A stretch of 64,000 nt of DNA, taken from Candidatus Onthoplasma sp. (lineage in GTDB: Bacteria > Bacillota > Clostridia > Christensenellales > UBA1242). Below are positions 43,174 through 50,605 of the stretch, in pieces (within the stretch, counting starts at the first letter, position 1; each line of letters opens with the position of its first letter). The position numbers and the translations under genes were made by a program. The DNA lies in the NCBI GenBank assembly GCA_051883515.1, contig JBJETW010000008.1, positions 9,662-73,661 of the forward strand. The letters run 5' to 3'. The notes beneath the pieces were generated by a model, which saw only the letters and a list, made by a program, of their open reading frames with translations, did no database searches and had not been told where the DNA came from.

Positions 43174-43509
43174 ATGGAAGCGTCTTTTGTGGAGCTTAAA
43201 TGCAAGCAGGTTATAAACACAGTTGACGGTAAATGTCTTGGTCATATCACAGACATTGTTTTTGACATTGTGACTGCACATGTTCTTGGTTTTGTTGTGC
43301 CACAACCAAATCTTGGATTTTGGGGACTATTCAAATCAAACAAGGAATTGTTTATTCCATACAATTGTGTATACAAAATTGGGGTAGATTCAATTTTGGT
43401 TGAAATGTATATTGAAGAGAAATCTAACAAAGTGAAACAAAATCCAAGGAATAGGGCAAAATGTTGTGTGACCACACAAGATAATGAGCAAAAATCAATA
43501 ATTAATTAA
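43174..43509 (+). CDS. YlmC/YmxH-family sporulation protein (PRC barrel)
   Basis: ELKCKQVIN..DG..LG.I.D and IPY..V.KIG.D.ILV motifs; upstream of nrdR. Confidence 0.88.
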   Translation: MEASFVELKCKQVINTVDGKCLGHITDIVFDIVTAHVLGFVVPQPNLGFWGLFKSNKELFIPYNCVYKIGVDSILVEMYIEEKSNKVKQNPRNRAKCCVTTQDNEQKSIIN

Positions 43510-43528
43510 AAAAACATCTCAAATTTGT

Positions 43529-43557
43529 TTGTAAAAAATGTCGAAATGTGGCATAAT
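43529..43557 (+). promoter_or_regulatory. nrdR promoter with a Spo0A-box-like TGTCGAA in the spacer
   Basis: TTGTAA(43529)-N17-CATAAT(43552); TGTCGAA at 43539-43545. Confidence 0.5.
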
Positions 43558-43580
43558 AAAAGAAGTTAAGGAGAACAAAG

Positions 43581-44015
43581 ATGAGATGTATTTTTTGTGG
43601 AAATAATGAAAGCAAGGTCGTTGATAGCAGATATTTAAAAGACACAAGCATCAGAAGAAGAAGAGAATGTTTGGCTTGCGGAAAGAGATTTACGACTTAC
43701 GAAACAGTTGAAACAAATCCAATGGTTGTCACAAATGTTGACAACATGCGTGAACCATTCAAACTTGAAAAACTTTTAAATAGCGTTGAATATGCAACAT
43801 ATTGCAAAAACTTGTCAATTTCAAATTTGGACATTGCAAAAAGGATTGAAGAGAGACTTTTAAAACTTCAAATGCAAGAAATAACAACAAAAGACATTGT
43901 TTCAATTGCTTTGGACGTGTTGATGGAAATTGATGCAATGGCATGTTTGGTCTACTACACACAACACACAGACTGTGATAGTTTTGATGGAGTTAGAAGA
44001 TTTATAAACAGATAA
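43581..44015 (+). CDS. nrdR: Transcriptional repressor NrdR (Zn ribbon intact, ATP-cone divergent)
   Basis: MRCIFC..SKVVDSR..IRRRRECLACGKRFTTYE. Confidence 0.88.
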   Translation: MRCIFCGNNESKVVDSRYLKDTSIRRRRECLACGKRFTTYETVETNPMVVTNVDNMREPFKLEKLLNSVEYATYCKNLSISNLDIAKRIEERLLKLQMQEITTKDIVSIALDVLMEIDAMACLVYYTQHTDCDSFDGVRRFINR

Positions 44016-44039
44016 AACCCGATTGGGTTTTTCTTTTTT
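44014..44039 (+). terminator. Intrinsic terminator after nrdR
   Basis: AAAACCC-gatt-GGGTTTT followed by a T-rich tract. Confidence 0.7.
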
Positions 44040-44107
44040 GTTAAATTTTCCTTTAAATTGCTTTGAAAATTTTTGGTTATATATTAATATAAACAAAGGA
44101 GAATAAA

Positions 44108-44779
44108 ATGGAAAAGAAGAGAATAAATCCGATTTTCATAACACTTATCACAATCGCAAGCGTTTGCACAATCTTGGCATTAGTGCTCGCAGTGATGGTT
44201 ATTGCAAAACATGGATTTTCAATTGATGAAAAAGCAATGTCAATTGTGAATAAAATTAGGAATGGGAATTTTACAAAATTTCAAAAAATTTTCACCCATT
44301 TGGGTTCGTTTGTTTTGTTGATTTTCTTTGTTATTATTGCCACAATTTTTGTCCCAACTTGGAGAATGAAAACAATCGGAATATTGAGCTTTTTATCTGG
44401 CGCGGTCGTCTCAACAATAATAAAATACATAATACAAAGACCACGTCCTTCTGATGTGGCATTGATAGAAGAAGTTGGATATAGTTTTCCTTCTGCTCAT
44501 GCATTGCTTTCAACGATATTTTTTGGATTTTTGATTTATGTTTTGTTATTAAATTTAAAGAATAAACCAGCAAAAATTATAATTTCAATTTTAATTGGAA
44601 TAATCCCAATTTGTGTGGGTCTTTCTAGAGTGTATTTGGGAGTTCACTTCTTGTCTGATGTGTTGGCAGGATTGTTGCTTGGAGTTGCCACATTAATTTT
44701 CTCAATTTATCTCTATGGATTCTTGTTTGACATAATTGCGAAAAAAGTAAAAGACAAAAAACAATCAGCAAACAATTGA
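44108..44779 (+). CDS. PAP2-family membrane phosphatase
   Basis: K-x6-RP, FPSAH and SRVYLGVHFLSD motifs. Confidence 0.9.
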   Translation: MEKKRINPIFITLITIASVCTILALVLAVMVIAKHGFSIDEKAMSIVNKIRNGNFTKFQKIFTHLGSFVLLIFFVIIATIFVPTWRMKTIGILSFLSGAVVSTIIKYIIQRPRPSDVALIEEVGYSFPSAHALLSTIFFGFLIYVLLLNLKNKPAKIIISILIGIIPICVGLSRVYLGVHFLSDVLAGLLLGVATLIFSIYLYGFLFDIIAKKVKDKKQSANN

Positions 44780-44968
44780 TTTTGCCACATTTAAATTTTA
44801 AAAAACAAACAAAAACTTGCATTTTATAAAAAACTATGTTAATCTAAACGAAATGTAAGTTCTTTTTTATTGTAAAAAGAAATTTTGGTGGATTTTTGAA
44901 AACAAAAAGACAATTTAAGACATGGGAATGAAACTAACATGTTATCAAAAAAATAAAAAGGAGAAAAG

Positions 44969-46549
44969 ATGATTACAGTTAATAATGTTGCAGTTCAATT
45001 TGGAAGTAGGAAATTATTTGATGAAGTAAATTTGAAGTTCACAAAAGGAAATTGTTATGGCGTAATTGGTGCAAACGGGGCAGGAAAATCAACATTTATG
45101 AAAGTTTTGTCTGGCGAACTTGAACCAAACAAAGGAGAAGTTGTAATTCCCACAAAAGAAAGACTTTCAGTTTTGGAACAAAATCAAGAAAAATACAATG
45201 ACTACACAGTCCTTAGAACAGTGCTGATGGGACATAAACGCCTTGTCGAACTTATGGACGAAAGGGAGGCATTGTGGGCGAAAGCGGATTTTTCTGATGC
45301 TGATGGTGAGAAACTTGGAGAACTTGAAAGTGAGTTTATGGAACTTGACGGCTACAATGCAGAAAGCGATGCGGAAAATTTGTTAAATTCACTTGATATT
45401 CCATCAAATCTTCACAATGAATTAATGGCAAATGTTGACAGCAAGATAAAGGTCAAAGTTTTACTTGCGCAAGCATTATTCTCAAATCCAGACAATTTGA
45501 TTTTGGACGAACCAACAAACAATTTGGACGTAAAAACAATAAGATGGTTGGAAGACTTTATTTTAAATTTTGAAAACACCATTATAATTGTCAGTCACAA
45601 TCGTCACTTTTTGAATAAGGTTTGCACGCATATTTGTGATATAGATTATGGCAAAATCAATTTATATCTTGGAAACTATGATTTTTGGTACGAATCAAGT
45701 CAGTTGGCTTTGCAACAGCAAAAGGACCAAAACAAAAAAGCAGAACAGCGAGCAAAAGAACTTAAAGATTTCATTGCAAGATTCTCTGCAAATGCTTCAA
45801 AGTCGAAACAAGCAACCAGCAGAAAAAAAGAATTGGAAAGACTTACAATTGAAGATATTAAACCAAGCAGTAGAAAATATCCATACATTGATTTCAAGTT
45901 TGACCAAAGAATTGGAAATGACATTTTATTCGTTAAAAATTTAACAAAAAAAGGATTGTTTGAAAACGTTTCGTTCACGGTTAGACCAGACAACAAAATT
46001 GCAATTATGTCAGACAACAGCAACGTTGTGACCGCATTGTTTGAAATACTTTCAGGCAACGACACGGATTATACTGGAGAAGTCGTTTGGGGTAAAACAA
46101 TAACTCACACATATCTTCCACAAAACAACAACTCATATTTTGAAAATTGCGAACTCTCACTTGTTGAATGGATTGGACAATTCACAAAAGAGACAGATGC
46201 AACTTTCCTTCGTTCGTGGCTTGGAAGAATGCTTTTCAGTGGAGAGGAAGCAGACAAAAAAGCAAAAGTTTTGTCAGGTGGAGAAAAGGTTAGATGTATG
46301 TTCGCAAAAATGATGCTTGAGGCAGGGAATTTCCTTCTTATGGACGAACCTACAAACCATTTAGATTTGGAATCTATCACTGCGCTAAACAAAGGCATGG
46401 AGAAATTTGATGGTTGCATGATTTTCTCAACTCATGACGAAGAGATTATGTCAACAGTTGCAAATCGAATTATAAGAATAAACAAAACTCTTGAATATGA
46501 CAACGAAATAGATTATGACACATATTGTGACACACAAATGAAAAAATAA
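44969..46549 (+). CDS. ABC-F family ribosome-associated ATPase (YbiT/YkpA-like)
   Basis: Two NBDs (GANGAGKST, LDEPTNNLD, LSGGE, MDEPTNHLD), inter-domain linker, no TM segments. Confidence 0.9.
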   Translation: MITVNNVAVQFGSRKLFDEVNLKFTKGNCYGVIGANGAGKSTFMKVLSGELEPNKGEVVIPTKERLSVLEQNQEKYNDYTVLRTVLMGHKRLVELMDEREALWAKADFSDADGEKLGELESEFMELDGYNAESDAENLLNSLDIPSNLHNELMANVDSKIKVKVLLAQALFSNPDNLILDEPTNNLDVKTIRWLEDFILNFENTIIIVSHNRHFLNKVCTHICDIDYGKINLYLGNYDFWYESSQLALQQQKDQNKKAEQRAKELKDFIARFSANASKSKQATSRKKELERLTIEDIKPSSRKYPYIDFKFDQRIGNDILFVKNLTKKGLFENVSFTVRPDNKIAIMSDNSNVVTALFEILSGNDTDYTGEVVWGKTITHTYLPQNNNSYFENCELSLVEWIGQFTKETDATFLRSWLGRMLFSGEEADKKAKVLSGGEKVRCMFAKMMLEAGNFLLMDEPTNHLDLESITALNKGMEKFDGCMIFSTHDEEIMSTVANRIIRINKTLEYDNEIDYDTYCDTQMKK

Positions 46550-46555
46550 ATTAAT

Positions 46556-46583
46556 AAAGGCGAATTATTAATTCGTCTTTTTT
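46556..46583 (+). terminator. Intrinsic terminator after the ABC-F gene
   Basis: AAAGGCGAAT-tatta-ATTCGTCTTT-TTT. Confidence 0.75.
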
Positions 46584-46762
46584 AATATTATTTTATTAAA
46601 TTAAAATAAAAAAATTAAATAAAATATATTTTATTTAAAAATTTAAAATTGAATTAAATTTATTTTTTTTAATTCATTTTATAAAAAAATATTTATTATA
46701 CATAAAAAATATATTAATTAATGTTTAAGTCTTTTTTTTTACATTAAATCATAAATTTTAAT

Positions 46763-47017
46763 ATGAATATGTTTGAAGAAATCGAAAAATTTATGCAGTC
46801 TGGCGGTGCTACTGCCACATTTAGGATTGTAAATCTTGGAGGAACAAGTTTATATATTGAGGGGATTAAGTCCATTGTGTCTATTGAGAAACATGAAATT
46901 TGTTTAGGACTAAAAAAACAATTATTGATTGTGTCGGGTGAAAATTTGACAATAAAATATCTTGACAAAACGACCTGTCTAATTTTGGGGTCAATTTATA
47001 AGGTGGAAACAAAATGA
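46763..47017 (+). CDS. yqfC: YabP/YqfC-family sporulation protein
   Basis: YIEGIKSIV..I..G.NL.IKYLD..LILG.I motif; upstream of yqfD. Confidence 0.8.
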   Translation: MNMFEEIEKFMQSGGATATFRIVNLGGTSLYIEGIKSIVSIEKHEICLGLKKQLLIVSGENLTIKYLDKTTCLILGSIYKVETK

Positions 47018-48102
47018 GATTTGATTTAACAGGGTATAATATTGACAATCTTTTAAAAACATTATACACAAAAAAAGTTCCAATAAAGAACTTGTCTCGC
47101 CCAGAATATAATCATGTTGTTTTTGATGTTGACGACAAATTTGAAAAGAAACTAAAACGATATGTGGCAAATTATAAAGGTCCGAAATCAGAGACATTAA
47201 AGAAAAAACTCCCCAAACTTTTAATCACTCAAATTGGCGTTATTTTGGGAGTGTTTGTCGGATTTATAATGTATTTCTATTTGTCATCTTTTACTTGGCA
47301 AATAGAGATATATGGAACAAAAGAATTAAAAAAGGAAGATGTCGTAAGAGTTTTGAAAGACAACGGTGTTAGAACTGGAAAAATAATCCACCTAACAAAT
47401 CAAGAAATTGAGTCAATTCTTCTCAACAATTATGACCGAATTGCTCAAGTTTCCGTAATCAAGCAAGGCACTGCAATAATGATAAATTTGAGTGAAAAAT
47501 TAGTGTATGAAAACACATCTTTTGAACCAATATGCGCGACAAACAGCGGAATAATAAACTCAATTAATGTAGTCACTGGCACAGTGAATGTTAAAGTTGG
47601 CGATTTTGTGAATGCGGGAGATATTTTAGTTTTGCCGTTCAATCTTAATTCGAAAGGAGAAAAAGTCAATGTTTGTCCAGAAGCAGAAATTAGGGCAACA
47701 ATGTATTTATCATCAAAAGTTGAAGTGACAAAAATTGAAACGATTTATGTTAGAAGTGGAAAGAAGAGAATTATATACGATTATCAGTTTATGAACCATC
47801 ATTGTTTTTTTGGCAAAAACAAAAATTCGTTTGCTCTTTTTGATTTGGTCGTGTATAATGAAAATGTAAGCAATATTGTTCCGCTTTCAAGGATAGTTAA
47901 TGTCTATTATGAACTTGTTCCTAAAGAAATCACACATGATTTTGAAACAGAGAAACAAGAAATAGAGAAGAAAAGCAAAGACAACGCATTAACAATGCTT
48001 ACAAATGGTGAAATTCTTGACGAAAGAACCGAATCAATCATAACAGCGGACAAAATGATTGCAATAACGACAATAACGGTCGATGGAATAATCAATGATT
48101 AA
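47014..48102 (+). CDS. yqfD: Sporulation protein YqfD (stage IV)
   Basis: TM segment, WQIEIYG, POTRA-like segment, GDFVNAGDIL motif. Confidence 0.82.
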   Translation: MRFDLTGYNIDNLLKTLYTKKVPIKNLSRPEYNHVVFDVDDKFEKKLKRYVANYKGPKSETLKKKLPKLLITQIGVILGVFVGFIMYFYLSSFTWQIEIYGTKELKKEDVVRVLKDNGVRTGKIIHLTNQEIESILLNNYDRIAQVSVIKQGTAIMINLSEKLVYENTSFEPICATNSGIINSINVVTGTVNVKVGDFVNAGDILVLPFNLNSKGEKVNVCPEAEIRATMYLSSKVEVTKIETIYVRSGKKRIIYDYQFMNHHCFFGKNKNSFALFDLVVYNENVSNIVPLSRIVNVYYELVPKEITHDFETEKQEIEKKSKDNALTMLTNGEILDERTESIITADKMIAITTITVDGIIND

Positions 48103-49468
48103 TATTTTTGGGGAAGTTGAAAAAGAAATTGAAAAAGATTTAAATCGTGTGTTTAACGAAGTTAAGCATACACTTTCTTTGCCAGAAAATATCGATGTTA
48201 ATCTTAGCTTTGTTTCAAAAGAGGAGATAAGAAAACTTAATAATAAAACTCGCGGAATTGACAAGGTGACAGATGTTTTGAGTTATCCATACACAAATTT
48301 AAAGGTGGGAGAAAAACTCAATTTAGAAGATTATAAATTTGACATTGATCCTGAAACAAACACACTGACGTTTGGAGATGTGTATATATGCACAGACAGA
48401 GCAAAAGACCAAGCAGAAGAATATGGACATTCATTAAAACGAGAAATTTGCTTTTTGTTTTGTCATTCCTTGTTGCATTTGAGTGGATATGACCACATAA
48501 AGAAAGAAGATGAAGAGCAAATGTTGGCAATGCAAAACAACATTTTGGACAAATTGGGCATAAAACGTGGAATTGCGTTCAAAGCTGGGTTTGTGACAAT
48601 TGTTGGGGACACAAATGCGGGGAAATCGACGCTTTTAAATGCATTGGTTGGTGAACATGTGGCAATCACTAGTCCAAAATCTCAGACAACACGAGAAAAT
48701 ATTCAAGGAATATATAATGACGAAAATTGTCAAATAGTGTTTATTGACACTCCAGGATATCACAAGCGCAAAACAAGAATAGACGACGAAATGGATAAAA
48801 GTATTGAAGTTGCACAATCAGACACAGACATTGTTGTTATGATGATTGTGGCGAACAAACCGATTGTTGAACAATATAACAAGTTGAAACAAAAGGTCAG
48901 TGCAGATGCAAAGAAAATTCTTGTTATCAACAAAATTGATGAAACAACTTTTGAAAAGTTATATCCTCAACTTGACGAACTTAACAAACTCGCTGATGTT
49001 GATGAAATTTTGCCAATCTCTGCAACAAAAAAGAAAAATGTTGACGTTTTGCTTGAAATGATAAAAAAATATCTTCCTGAATTTGACCATGAGATGAGAT
49101 ATTATCCAATTGATGAATATACAGATAAAAATCTTAGACATATGGTGGCAGAAATCGTACGAGAAAAAGCACTTTTGTGTCTTGACGACGAAATTCCGCA
49201 CGGCATACATGTGGTTGTGACAGACTATAAGGAAGATGGTGACCCAATTCAAATAATGGCAGAATTATATTGCGAAAAAGACAATCACAAAGCAATCATA
49301 CTTGGGAAAAATGGAGAGATGATAAAGAAAATCTCTACACTATCTAGAAAATCAATTGAATATGTTGTTGGTCAACACGTAAATCTTCAAATATTTGTAA
49401 AGGTTAAACCAAATTGGCGAGATGACATAAATGCAATAACAGAATTTGGACTAAATGTTAGTGAATAA
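48095..49468 (+). CDS. era: YbeY endoribonuclease-Era GTPase fusion
   Basis: aa 1-160 carry RGIDKVTDVLSYP and HSLLHLSGYDH (YbeY); the rest carries GDTNAGKS, DTPG, NKID and the KH motif ILGKNGEMIK (Era); single open frame. Confidence 0.93.
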   Translation: MINIFGEVEKEIEKDLNRVFNEVKHTLSLPENIDVNLSFVSKEEIRKLNNKTRGIDKVTDVLSYPYTNLKVGEKLNLEDYKFDIDPETNTLTFGDVYICTDRAKDQAEEYGHSLKREICFLFCHSLLHLSGYDHIKKEDEEQMLAMQNNILDKLGIKRGIAFKAGFVTIVGDTNAGKSTLLNALVGEHVAITSPKSQTTRENIQGIYNDENCQIVFIDTPGYHKRKTRIDDEMDKSIEVAQSDTDIVVMMIVANKPIVEQYNKLKQKVSADAKKILVINKIDETTFEKLYPQLDELNKLADVDEILPISATKKKNVDVLLEMIKKYLPEFDHEMRYYPIDEYTDKNLRHMVAEIVREKALLCLDDEIPHGIHVVVTDYKEDGDPIQIMAELYCEKDNHKAIILGKNGEMIKKISTLSRKSIEYVVGQHVNLQIFVKVKPNWRDDINAITEFGLNVSE

Positions 49469-49507
49469 AAATCCTAATCCTTCATATGCTATATTAAGAG
49501 GTGAATT

Positions 49508-49648
49508 ATGCAAAAATCAAACGCTTTTATTGAGATGTTTTTTAAAACAGGTGACCCGTTTTGTTTTTTGCTTGCCAAAGATGAAGAAAAAACTGAGAAA
49601 TTAAGAGAAGAAATTTTATCAAACGTGAATGATGATTTAACATTATAA
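49508..49648 (+). CDS. YqzL-like small protein (46 aa; not in the ORF track)
   Basis: MQKSNAFIEMFFKTGDPFCFLLAK...; RBS AAGAGGTG; era-yqzL-recO synteny. Confidence 0.72.
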   Translation: MQKSNAFIEMFFKTGDPFCFLLAKDEEKTEKLREEILSNVNDDLTL

Positions 49649-49654
49649 AAAGCA

Positions 49655-50335
49655 ATGGATACAAAAGCAAAAGGTGTTGTAATAAAACTAAACGACTATA
49701 AAGACGCAGACAAACTTGCGTCAATTTTTACAATTGAATATGGCATCATAACAGCAAAATTTGTTGGCGTGAAAAAAGAAAAAGCAAAAATGAAAGCGGT
49801 TGCTCAACCTTTTGCTCTTGCTGAATTTACAATGAGTGAGAAAGCGGGGAACAAGGTTATAACTGGAGCGGATTTGTTGGACAACTTTTCTAATCTATTT
49901 TTAGACTATAACAAGACCATTTGTGGATACATAGTTCTTGACATATTACGCTCAATTTTGCCAAAAGAAAAACCGGAAGCGGACATTTTTTTGTTGACAA
50001 TTTCTTCTCTTAAAGATATTGAATTGACAAATGAGTATGTCTCATTAATTTCTTATATATTAAAATTTATTGACTTTGAAGGTCTAAAGATTGACTTGCC
50101 AGATTGCAACTTTGTTTATCTAGACAAGGATAGCGGGAACTTTCAGTCTGAAAGGTCAGTGAATTGCGTGCAAATTGACAAACAGGTCTATAACGCTTTA
50201 AAATCCATTTCTGAGAGTGCAGGGAAAATCACAAAAGAATACAATAAAAAAATTTTGAAACAATGTTTACATTTATTGCATAATATTTTATTTATAAAAT
50301 TTAACGAAGACATAAAAAGTTTTGATTTTATTTAA
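49655..50335 (+). CDS. recO: DNA repair protein RecO
   Basis: KGVVIK..DYKDADKLASIFT..GII OB-fold N-terminus; position after era. Confidence 0.85.
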   Translation: MDTKAKGVVIKLNDYKDADKLASIFTIEYGIITAKFVGVKKEKAKMKAVAQPFALAEFTMSEKAGNKVITGADLLDNFSNLFLDYNKTICGYIVLDILRSILPKEKPEADIFLLTISSLKDIELTNEYVSLISYILKFIDFEGLKIDLPDCNFVYLDKDSGNFQSERSVNCVQIDKQVYNALKSISESAGKITKEYNKKILKQCLHLLHNILFIKFNEDIKSFDFI

Positions 50336-50605
50336 TAAAAATTTTAAAAATTAAAATTAATTAATAATTTATATAAATTATTAAAATATTTTTTAGCAAA
50401 AAACTAAATATTTTTTGGGTTTTTTAATTATAATTTATTTTTTTTAAAAAATTAAATCAATTAATAAAATTAAAATTGTCTAAATTTACAAAAATTTAAG
50501 ATTTTAAAAAGATTTAAAAAATAATTTGTAGAAAGGGCAAATTTTAGTTGCTTTTTTTTTGCGGTTTTTGTAGACTTTAACTTGTAAAAATAAAAAGGAG
50601 AATTT

